DNA of 63,307 bases, the filler included, from Pelomyxa schiedti (lineage: Eukaryota > Protista > Evosea), in assembly GCA_020536535.1 (NCBI GenBank). It is 4 parts of 4 records of this genome, joined end to end, with 100 filler letters (N's around TTAATTAATTAA, not from the genome) between each part and the next. Parts side by side here need not be neighbours in the genome. Positions count along the whole stretch, not along the records: positions 1 to 18,366 come from JAHLWZ010001119.1; positions 18,467 to 47,800 come from JAHLWZ010000365.1; 2 more parts are not named here. One strand, 5' to 3'. Numbering within the stretch: the first letter of the stretch is position 1; each line of letters opens with the position of its first letter. Shown here piece by piece: positions 10,701 to 26,498 of this stretch. The position numbers and the translations under genes were made by a program. A model generated the notes under the pieces. That model saw only the letters and a program-made list of their open reading frames with translations. It was not told where the DNA came from and did no database searches.

Positions 10701-11285
10701 TTTTTTTTCCCTGACAAACAAACACAGCCGTTTGTTGATCTTGCGGAAGAACAAAAAAGGCAATACCTTGCACACAGGAATGAAACAACAACAGTCTCAG
10801 CACCCGTGGGAAAACCCGATGTTAAAAAGGCACACTTCCCCCTTTTTCTTCCGCATTTGTTCCGGTATCACACTAACAAACCCCAACAGAAGAAGCCCAC
10901 AAAGAGAACTCAGGATTCTGAGGAAGACAACAGCGAGAGTGCAAGTAAAAGCAGCGACATTGAGAATTCTTCTGATGATGCCGATGAGGATGACTCTGAC
11001 ACCAAGAACAGAAGGAAACCGGTAAAGCCCGCAACCCAACCAGAGCAACAACAACAACGAGATTGTGGGAGCAATCCCACAGTCGCACGCAAGCCGGGCC
11101 GCGTTTCCGGCTACATGGTTTTCAGCCAGGAGAGGCTGCCGCAGATCGTGTCAAGTTCCCCTGATTCGCCGCTTACCGACTTTGGCAAATGTTTGCAGCA
11201 AGTCGGAGGTGAGTGGAAGATGCTCTCACAGGCTCAAAAGCAAAGCTATGAGGAAAAGGCAAAGGAAAGAAACAATAAACTATGA
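7766..11285 (+). CDS. Multi-HMG-box protein (7 HMG boxes, long acidic tract)
   Basis: Boxes begin MSGWNLYV, RRPMSSYLIF, RPKTAYMIF, APKRPMTPYLVF, SRPMSSYMIF, KRPMSSYMIF and GRVSGYMVF, each with a W-x-x-(L/M)-(S/P) end. Introns 7937-8249, 8553-8664, 9013-9072, 9907-9955 and 10634-10727. The start is uncertain because CAG just before the ATG may be an acceptor. Confidence 0.9.
10288..10392 (+). repeat. (GATGAG)n hexamer encoding poly-DE acidic tract
   Basis: Direct reading. Confidence 0.9.
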
Positions 11286-12332
11286 TGATGAAGGTTTATA
11301 CAAAAAAACTTGTTGCCTGTGACCTCCATACTGAGGACCCAATGATTTTTTTTTTGTGAATCTCAGCAGCTGCAGTAGCCATCCTGTTGTTTACAGTTGA
11401 GCTTCATATCAGGAAGATGATGGTGGGCACTGTAGTCGCTGTGTGTGTCGACTCTTATCATAGGCATCTTTGATGGTCACAGTAATGTGGATTAAGGTAT
11501 TCGACTCGGAAGTGTCCCAGTTTGTTATTGGTCACACCATATCCTGCACAGTCCTGGTGAGCACTTTTACACCCCGGTTTTTGCCCGTTTTAGCAACGAT
11601 TTTCTTCTTCAATCCGTCTCTCTGTGGGGTTAAAACCGTCATCACAGAACCCTTTTCTTCTTGTTTCCTCTGGCACAAGTGTTAAAACCGTTATTCGTCA
11701 TGCCAAGATCCTGCGGTTCGAGTTCCACTTCAAGCATTCATTTTTTGTAGAATGGTAGAGGATTCCTGACCTAGCAATAAAACACAAGCAGATTGGCACC
11801 CCTGCCACTTTTTTTTCCAGGTTTTTCTTCAACTCCAAGAATTTTCTTCTTTTTTTGTTGATAACTCGGTTATTTTTTTTGTCTATTTGTGGGATATTTC
11901 AGGGCTATGTCACACGAAGACGGAGGTACAGGGAGCTCCCTGACAAGTCGAGAGAAAAGAGCAGGAAAGTCATACAAGGGGTAATGATGGAACAGGCTCC
12001 TGGAGGCACTTTCCACACACCCTCCTTCTCCAGTTGAGCTACTCCATTGAAAGTGATGTTGTGGCAGCCATGAACTGAAAAAGGTGGGGGGGAAAAGAGA
12101 GAATTTTACACAAAATATATATAAGTAAAACCACCCCATAACAATTTTATGACTATGGAATGAAGCTCGTGTGTCCAAAAGAACGCCTGTTGAATGTTTT
12201 TGGAAGTTTGTTGAAAGAAATTTCCATCCTGCGTGGTAGGAAGTATTTCACATCACTAGTCACTAACCAACCCACATCCAAAAAACAAAAAAAGGGGCAC
12301 ACATTCTGGACTTGCCACTTCCCATTTTATCA

Positions 12333-12919
12333 GTGATCATTGATTCCTGTGTATCCAGCTGTGTTGAGTGACTTGAGTTGACTCAATGAACTCTATTTGA
12401 AATTAAGGAAACACATCACTGTGATCTGCCAGGGAACCACACCTGTAAGTTTGCCTGTATTTCAGCTTTCAATTCCTCAAACCTTGCATTAACCATTTCC
12501 CTCATTGCTGCGCCAAGCATATCGGCCGTGGTATCCACCTCTACAGTGGCTTCACTGGCACTCTATAGTATGTACAGTGTGGGCAAATAAAGCAATAAAT
12601 ACGGCGCTATTATTGTGTATTATTTTGGCGTATATTTATATTTATATATATAGAGATAAAAAGCAACACCAACCTTTTCAGCAACAATAGCGAGCCTGTC
12701 CAAGTACACAAAAGCACCCCTCACAGAAGACGAAACCAACTCACACCCATAACTTGACGAAAATGAGACACTGTGGCCACAAGATGGACACGGTACCGTC
12801 GGTTGTGTTCCCATCATCGCCGTGTTCCCATCATTGCCGGCGAGAGAGCTGTTTGTGTGTTGGTGGTCCGTTCTTGGCCTCTTGGCTGTTGGTGGTTCCA
12901 CTGGCTGTTCTCCGGACAT
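12333..12919 (-). CDS. Hypothetical spliced protein (3' end uncertain)
   Basis: ATG ORF with NLS-like PTAKRPR and CPSCGH. A second exon after TAG reads SASEATVEVDTTADMLGAAMREMVNARFEELKAEIQ. Confidence 0.4.
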
Positions 12920-13007
12920 TGCTCTTAATTTTTTTTAAAAAAAACTAATCTTCATCGGTAATAACTGATTGTATGTGCTATTGTGTAATTGCGGCATGTC
13001 ATTTGGT

Positions 13008-17937
<4,930 letters not shown>

Positions 17938-18366
17938 TTCTTCGTTTTCGTTCGTTGGAACTCGAGCGTGATGCTGGGGTTATGAAACCAGTGCAAATGT
18001 CATACAAGAGTGCAGATTTACGGCACAGGGTGAGTGGCCGGGGAGAGAGGTTTCTCCAATGTAGCTTGTAGAATTGCTTGATTGTGCAACGCTGAATGAT
18101 TTCGTCGAAACACTAATGTTCGGCAACGTGAACCAACACACAAAGGCACTGACATTAATAATAATTACATTGTTATTACCTATTCTTATATTGCTTCATT
18201 TCATGAAATAAGGGAGCCCAGCAGAACAATGGCTCTGCGTGAGAGTCCCACAACTAAAATTTCTGTGGAGAACCACATTTTTCAAGTTCACTTCTGGGAC
18301 ACTGTGTGTAACAGTATTATTATGCCTCTTTCAACTCAGTTTTGTTCCGCCTGCTCATTGAGGATT

Positions 18367-18466
18367 NNNNNNNNNNNNNNNNNNNNNNNNNNNNNNNNNN
18401 NNNNNNNNNNTTAATTAATTAANNNNNNNNNNNNNNNNNNNNNNNNNNNNNNNNNNNNNNNNNNNN
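18367..18466. other. Artificial contig linker (N44-TTAATTAATTAA-N44)
   Basis: Six-frame stop linker, with the same design at 47801 and 53809. Confidence 0.95.
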
Positions 18467-18782
18467 TTGGAACAGGGTGATCCCGATCTGTGGCTCTCCA
18501 AATTGCTCAAAGCGTAACCACTGTGGGGCTTTTCTCCCAAAGTGGACCCATTTACTGGAGGGTGGGAACACTTTGACTTTAGGGTGTGGTGGTTGCGGTT
18601 GAGGGCAGTTATGAGAGAACTTTTTTGGGTTGGTGGTTTGTCGGGTGGAATCTTTTCAGAGTTCCCGCCATTAGTCATCATCACTGATGGCGCGTTTTTT
18701 TTTTTGTTAGTTTCATTTGGAAAACTTAGTGGAGGTAGCAGTACAGCCCGAAGCACAAGTTAACACTTCCTTCTGATAGGGG

Positions 18783-21372
18783 ATGAGTAGTTGGAGAAGT
18801 GATAGTGGTTGGTATGGCCGGGGCCGTGGGTACGGATGGCGTGGCGGCGGGCAGCAGCGACGCGGTGCCGCCAGCGGTGGAGGAGGCATCAACGACGGAG
18901 TAGTAGAGGTTGGTGGCCGCGACAGCGAGCCGGAGCGTGGTTGCGGCATCGACGCCGAGCCGGCTGTGCTCCGCGGTGGCGGGCGTGGACGACGCGGACG
19001 CGGCGCTAGGGGGGGCGTGGGCACGGGGCTAGGCCGAGGAATTGGAGTGGCTCACACGGAGCCCGCAGGCGAGGGCGAGGGTGACAGCGGCCGCCACTTG
19101 GTAGGAACCAAGCGGCGCTGGCCTGCCTGGGAGGAGGAACAAGGCAGAGACGAGGGGGAGGGGGAGAACGCCGCCGCCGCCGAGGAAGACACTGGTGTAT
19201 GGAAAGAGCCGCCCGAGGCGATGGAGTTGCCAGCAACATATAGAAGGGTTCTCGGCGTTGAGTTACACGTGGCTAACAGAATCGTACTGCACCAACTAGA
19301 AGGGTGCGAATATCACACTCTCGTGTCTTTAATTTATCAAACACACTAGGGCAAAGACATTGGCTGTGGTTCAAGGCCGTATATATGTGGATTTGGAAGA
19401 GCCTTCAAAATATCTGGACGGTGCTCTAGTTCATTGCCTGCAAATTGGAGCACAGGAAGTATTCCTCGCTCAACCACGACCTGAGTGGACTTTCAGTAAG
19501 AAAAAGAGAGCACCAGAGACACCTCAGTATTTGGAAGACCCACTTTGCAGAAGGGTCGTGGGCTTCCACAAGAATGACGAACGGCAAGCACTGTGCGAAC
19601 ACTTTTCTAACCACAGAATCACACTAGAGAGGTATTAACTTATTTTAAACACTAAACGCAAATAATATGACCTAACTCCCCATCCAAAAGGGAGCGAGTG
19701 CACAAGACAAATGGTCACTTCTACATAAATTTCTCAAATCAACAGCAAATGGACAGCGCCAAATACACAATCCATAGAACAGGGAGAATCATATTTACTG
19801 TGAAACCAGAATCCGAATTTATGTTACCATTTTTGAGTCCACAGTATATCCATAGACAACCACAAAGTAAAGTACCACGTGTCATCACCAATATACCTCC
19901 AAATATCAAACCAGTTCTGCTTAAACTAAAAACAAAACCCCCCACTGCCAACACCCAGAACACATGCAAGGTTCTTTTCTACTACCAAACCCCCAACCCA
20001 AAAAACTAAATCCCACACAGGAACTCGAACACGAGGATTGTGAGGTCAGGCAGTGGGTAAAAGTGCAAATGGAATATTTGAAATCCTTGGAAACTGTAAA
20101 GCTGTTCAACAGCCTCGATGAGGCACAAAGTTCAACCAGGGCCTTGCATGACATTGAGGTGGCTGCTCGATCTAAGGACAGCTCTATGAAAAGGCTTAAG
20201 GATAAGATTCAGGTGTGGTTGTTTGTAACGGTTCCTTTTTGACACTTTTACTTACCAACTCTTGTCACCAAAAAAAACACAGTTGCTACAAGGGGGACCT
20301 GCACTTATTGGAAAGGACACAGATGGAGACGGACCAACTTTTCTTGAGATAAAACCCTCTGTATATAAAATCAGAGGCATTTTCGAAGCATTAGAGAAGG
20401 ATTTGTCCGCGAAAATCCAGAACTCTATTGTTATTGCAGACACTGAAGCACCGACAGAGCAGGTGGAAAGTCCTTTTGTGCTGTACATGATTGTTTTAAC
20501 TTGTGCCCATAGACGTATAACGAGTTTATTGGCCTACTTACCAGTCTCACATCATTGGTTGATTCAACCTGTGGAGAACTTACGCGGGAAGCCCATATTT
20601 TTTGCAAATCGGACGCGGATCAACTTCAGGCTGTTATTACAAAAATCGAGAAGAAACTAGACCCCCGTGCTAAGGAGGTGATAAGATTGGTGGAACTTTT
20701 CAACCAACTTCTGGGCACTCTCTCCTATGAGGACTCAGACAAATACCACACATTCTCCCGGCAGTGGGGAAACTACCGGGAGAGGATGGCAAAATTCCTT
20801 CGTGAGATAGATACTTGGAGACAGGTAAAGAAACCATCATCTATCACATTCCTCACTTTTCTTTCCAGAACAACAATAAACTACACCTCGAGGAGGCAAG
20901 CACCGGACGTCGTCAAGAAACAGAGCCGGGAACGACGGCCTGCGTTAGCCCACAGCCGCATAAACAGCCACCCCACCAGCAACAATCCCAACAACAACCT
21001 CCGCGTGTGGGGCACACAAACGGCACCCCCATGCCCCACCAGCACCAGGACCGCAGCCTCCCCCGCCCCCATGTAACCCTCCCCGGAACACCCCCAACCA
21101 CCGCAACATCTCCAGCAGCAGTAGTTATAACCATACATGATGATGATTCCCCCACCACAACCCCTCCACCACCACAGGCGCCCCAGCACCGCCCTCACCG
21201 CCGCTATCCTTCCGCCCAACAACCCCAACTCCAACCCCGCCACCACCACAACAACAACAACAACAGAAGCAACCATCACAATGATTCCTCTTCAACTACT
21301 AGCACTACCACTGCCCCCACAACGGCCGTGGCTCCAAAGCAGAACCGCGAGCCTGCATCGTCGCACTCGTAG
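18783..21372 (+). CDS. Hypothetical multi-exon protein, paralogue of 40216-43280
   Basis: Shared blocks PPEAMELP/PPEPLEIP, QEVFLAQPRPEW/QEFFLVQPKAEW and LEDPLCRRVVGFHKN/LDNPLCRRIFGLHKN. Confidence 0.7.
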
Positions 21373-22088
21373 TCACCAAACAAGATTCTCTGACTCATAG
21401 GCAACAACACCATGAATAACAGCAATGAGAACTTGTTGTAATGGTGTGGTTACTGGCCTAAAGAAATAATACTTTGATTTTCTTCTTTTTTCGAGTATCA
21501 CTTTCGTGTTTTCCAGGGCATTGTAGGGTAGCTTAAAAGTGACCACTGGGAGGAGTTAGGGTAAGTTTATGAAGAGGGTAAGGGTACCGACAGAATGGAT
21601 CGTAGATTCGGTTATTAAATAACCCTTTAGCCGCAGAAGCCGATTGAATCGCGGTGCATCACGATGAACTCTGTATTAACCGTGTGGCGAGGAATTGTGA
21701 TGGATCGGTGAGTGTTCCAAGGACTCTGCTGTTCCCTATCGTGGTTTTTTTCTGAGAACTGATGACTGATGGGTCTGAGGGCCTTGTCATGGGCACCGAC
21801 GGCTGGAAAATGGGTCAACACTCTGTGGGACCTGGTTGGTGACTTCAGGATACAAAGTGTCCAGCCTCCAGATCTGCTTCTAGCCTGGGAAAGGTGGATC
21901 TGCAACTGATTCGACCCGTCGTAGTCGAGGAAGGGGGGGGGTACAAGTGGCTCCATTTGTGTGTTCTGAGGTTCATGTGCTCAAGCCCAACGAAAAAAAG
22001 GAACCAAAATAACACCCAGGTAGACAGCAGTGGTTGGTTTGTAGTTGTCTTATTATTTCTGTTTTTTTTTTAAAAAAAACCCTCTTCG

Positions 22089-23086
22089 TTTTTCCCCCCT
22101 TGTGTTGGTTTTTCTCACTCAACCCTAGCGAGGATGGAAGCGAAGTGGGAGCGGAGGTTTTTTTTTACCAAAACCTCTTATTCGCGTTTTACTTTGTTTT
22201 GTCTTTGTCCTGTTAATTTATTTTAATTTAATTGTTTATTTCGTTTTCTTAAGGATTGTTTTAAAACAACACAATTGTGTTCCATTTCCTCATGGCAACT
22301 AAGGGCCGATTCCATGCTGCACTCACTGACTCCTCCACCCCATGCCCCCAGTGTTGCACACCACAGCCCTTTTCTGCATTTCCGGCACTTTGCACAGTGA
22401 CACTGGTATGTGACTTCTTTTTTTTTTTTTCCCCCTGCAGCTCACATATGTTCAGGTGGCGGACCTGCTGACAATCTATTACGAAGGTACATCCCTCTCC
22501 TTTTTCTTATCACCACTCAACAACAACAGGACAATGGATGCCACTGACTAATGGAGTGCAATGTCAGGCTTTACCCGCCATTCACCCAATTCACCTCGGG
22601 ACCAACACCCCGTGCTTTTTCTCTTGCATGTGTACACTTGCCACGTTCCCAACTGAGGTAGGTCCCCTTGTCTTTCCTCTTTCTTTCTCTCTTGCTTCTT
22701 GCCAACTGGGGTGTGGGGTTGGCCCCTTGTCTTGTCAGTCTCTTCCACTCACGTTTTCCACAGACTGAAGCTAAACCTTTCCGAAATTGTTCCTCACTGA
22801 CTTGTGATTTGGTATGTCCTTAACCATCATTGGCACTGCTAACATGCTGGCAGATAACCTGAATGATGAAGCGAAGCAGAATCATCAAGGTACCTCATTC
22901 TTCTTCTTTCCAACTGATAACTCCCCATGTTCTTATGTTTTATCTAGGCAAGGCTTGTGACTTGGCATTGTGTTGATTTAGTTATCCCTTGTTGACTTCC
23001 TTAATAAACAAGTTTTCTTCTGAACTTACTTTCCATCATCCTTTAAATGTACATAGATCCAAAAAATTGAGCTCAATGGAAGAGGG
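22089..23086. repeat. Dispersed repeat family B (partly related to the reverse complement of family A)
   Basis: Colinear with 35096-35831. Contains reverse-complement A segments, e.g. GAGTGCAATGTCAGGCTTTAC at ~22553. Confidence 0.8.
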
Positions 23087-23186
23087 NNNNNNNNNNNNNN
23101 NNNNNNNNNNNNNNNNNNNNNNNNNNNNNNNNNNNNNNNNNNNNNNNNNNNNNNNNNNNNNNNNNNNNNNNNNNNNNNNNNNNNNN

Positions 23187-23307
23187 CCACCCGGCCATCT
23201 CGTGGGCCCTCTCGGCGTCGTTCCACGCCCACTCGCCCTCGAACACGTCGAGGCCGTTCTCGTCGACCCAGGTGCCGCGCCTCCAGTGGTCCTCGCGCCA
23301 CAGCCCC
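23187..23307 (-). pseudogene. Short MORN-gene fragment nearly identical to 29205-29322
   Basis: Direct match; sits next to a scaffold gap. Confidence 0.6.
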
Positions 23308-23548
23308 CCACTATCATAATATTATCCCATAATCCCCCCCCCACCACCACTCAACATTATCCCCCCCGTAATGCCGCGCTATGTGTGTGGAATTGTTGTG
23401 TGTGTGGTTTTGGTATTTGATCAATGTGAACTTACTTGCACCCACCCAAAGTGTATTGTCAAGTAAAGTACTTTTGCTTTTTGTGTTTTTTTGTTTGTGG
23501 GGGATTGATTTTCTTTCTTTTTTCTCCCTGTTTTAAATGTGACACAAG

Positions 23549-24509
23549 GGTGCTGACATTGTTCATGTCTTTTGTACGACTACTGCTTCAGTGGCAATCA
23601 AATCTTACTCTCCGGAACTTATCGTGCATCCTGTGCTTTGTGGAAATAGTGACACTATGTGCCAAGCACTAATGCAGTGGGCTCCAAACTTGCATGCCCT
23701 GGCAATTGGTACTCATTAATGCCTGAGGCCAATTTACATATTTACCAACAATACAAGGGCCTGGTCTTGGAAGAGATCCACAAATGTTGTCGGCCATACA
23801 GCCATTCTTCACAGAAATAAAATCCTCCAATATCCCGCTCCTGTTTGATGGTGTAAGTTGGCACAATCACATTTAATCAAGAGTGACTTACACCTTTCTT
23901 TCAGGATGGTATCCACCTTCTTACTCTCTATCCGGGAATTGTCGTGGGCTACAAAAAGGCTGTAATCACACCGAACGTGAATGAATTCAAGCGCCTATGT
24001 GCATGCATGAACCTGGCTGAAGATACCCCTGTGCACATTTTGGCCAAAAGGTACCAAATATGACCACCGGTCTCAACGTACTAATTCTCTATAGGATGGG
24101 AGGAGTGACTATAGTTCAAAAGGGTGTTGTGGACAAGATATCAAACGGAGAAATAACGGTAATATGTGAGGAAGAAGGCAGCCCACGGAGGTATGCTCCA
24201 CAGTGTCGTGTAGCTAAATAACATTTGCCACAATGCAGATGCGGTGGACAAGGTGACATTCTGGCCGGCTCTATGACCACGTTCCTGTACTGGATAAACA
24301 AGGCACACCCAGAGTATGAACTCGTTATTAGACCACCAACTAACATTACAACCAGGCACGCAGGCGTTGTGGCAGCACTGGCCGCATGTACCCTAACAAG
24401 AACCGCGGCCCGGATTGCATTCACACACCATCACCGCAGCACAACAACAATAAACATCCTTGAACACCTGGAAGAGGCTTTGGAACAACATTTTCCCTGT
24501 GGACTCTAA
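23549..24509 (+). CDS. NAXD: ATP-dependent (S)-NAD(P)H-hydrate dehydratase (carbohydrate kinase/YjeF-C family), 5' exons not found
   Basis: Exons read [10 protein letters not shown]...[20 protein letters not shown]...[48 protein letters not shown], and [15 protein letters not shown]. Confidence 0.9.
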
Positions 24510-24760
24510 TAACAAAAATGGACGTTTTGCACTGTGTACTTCACCTTCCTTTTCTAACCCACGGATTTCGTTGTTCTATCAACAGCGCCTTGGTCATGTC
24601 TTTTGATGGGTTTCTGTGAAACGTCCTTTTGGTGAAGAGCAAAATAAAAAACTAGTGACAGCAATGCCCGGCGGCCTCTCATTCCCTGGAGGCCACAACA
24701 GAAAGACATAACAAACAAAAACCCAGCACGGTACAAACAGGCCAGCAATACCACGACGTG

Positions 24761-26372
24761 ATGAGATCTGCGTCGGCGTGCTCTTCTTGTAGCGGATCTG
24801 CGTTAGTATCTACTTACCATCCAGGCAGCAACAGCAACGGAAACATGACCCCAGGTAGTTATCGTGCTGCGCTGGTTGTCGTTCCTTGGCTTCCTCGTAA
24901 TCGTAGGCTCGGTGGTGCCGAGGCCATCAACGTGATTGAGATTGGGGGAGAGAAGGAACCGTGCGTCTGGGATTCGACTGGTGACGAGTCCGACGAGGAC
25001 ACGTTGGAAGAAGCGCGTCTTGTCGCCGATTCGATGAGGACACTTGGTTTCCATCCTGTGTTGTGTGCTGCATTCAGCTTGGCAAATTTGGGTACAAGCA
25101 ACTCGTTTGTTTCGTTTTTTCCCGCAACCTGTGGGCAACTTTCTTAAGTTAACACAACAACCAAAACAAAAATTGGCAGGTTCCTTGCAGAGAATCATAA
25201 CATCCAAGGATATCCAAGTTGTGTTCAACTTGTTCGAGTCTTTTCAGGGCATATCTTCTCTCTATTTTGTTCCTCATGCCATTTTACACCAAGTGTGCTC
25301 CCAAACTGGCGTTCCTTACACTGGGAGCCATCTTTTGCCGATGTACAATTCCACAAACAAATTGATTGCGAAGTCCATTCTTTCATGTGCTGGAATCCCC
25401 ACCCCAAAATGGTTGTTTGCTTCCTTCCCCTCCACACCACAATGCTAACACACACTCTCAAGGTTCCACAAATGGGAGCTCCGGAAGGAAGGGACTACAG
25501 TTTCCACTGGGAAGTTTATCATCAAGCCAGTCATGGAAGGGTCTTCAATTGGAATTACAGGTTGATAGTGCCGGTTTGAACAATTCCTCCATAACACTCA
25601 CTTCCACACAGACGAGTCTGTTGTCACAGTGGAATCAGCCACAGATCTCCTCCGCTGTGTCGAATCTTTGGAGCGCAGGCTCCCCAACAATGCTTCTGCG
25701 TTTGCTGAGGAATACATTGATGGCCGAGAATTCAACGTATACAAGTCAGTTTAAATTGTGATTCTGACTTGGTATGCACAGGTTTCACTGATTGCCGGCA
25801 AGGCGCTACATCCGGCTGAATTGTATTTTGTTGATTACCCACCGACCAAACCAACCATCCTCTCTTTCCCATGCAAATGGAATGAGAACTCATGGGAATA
25901 CAGTCACTGTTTTAGGCGTTATGAGCAACCCTCCAGTGACAGGGAACTTCTTTTGAATCTCAAGCAACTTGCATTGTAAGCACCCTCCCCACTCAAAATA
26001 ATCCGACTGACAAATTCCCATCAGGAGATGCTGGGAGGTTTGTTCCCTTGAATGATTTTTTGGTGACCCTTTTCTGCAAGCAGATATTTGAGCTGCAAGG
26101 TTATGCCCGAATTGATTTCAGGGTTGATGCCCATCGCAATGCTTATGTTATCGATGTGAACCCCAATCCCGGGATTGGTCAAGGTATTATCTTTCACCAT
26201 CTGATTCTGTTACCTTACCATGCTCACAGACTGTGGGTTCACTGAAGCTATGCGATTCTGTGGCTATGAGACCACACAGACAATTGAGCTGATTCTGCGG
26301 TGCAGTTCACCCACACTCACAATTCCCCGCACATCACTCCATCACCCAGACACGTGGTTCCAGTACCTCTAA
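24761..26372 (+). CDS. D-alanine--D-alanine ligase-like ATP-grasp protein, intron-containing
   Basis: VVFNLFES, GVPYTGS...NKLIAKSIL...GIPTP, FIIKPVMEGSSIGI, AEEYIDGREFNV and GYARIDFRVD...YVIDVNPNPG. Confidence 0.88.
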
Positions 26373-26498
26373 GTTCCCTTGGTTAAAACTTCAAAATTTC
26401 AAAGCTAAGACGTACCATTTTGGTGTGATACAGAAGTTGTTGGAGGTGGCACCACCAGCGATTTTGTGGACACTACAAAAAATCCTCTTTTTTGTTTG

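Noticed and set aside
18411-18422. TTAATTAATTAA palindromic motif (also ~47845 and ~53853)
   Set aside because: Artificial six-frame stop linker centred in N runs. Gene adjacency across it is meaningless.
21627-21956. Possible mobile-element or gene fragment
   Set aside because: No recognisable motif in any frame
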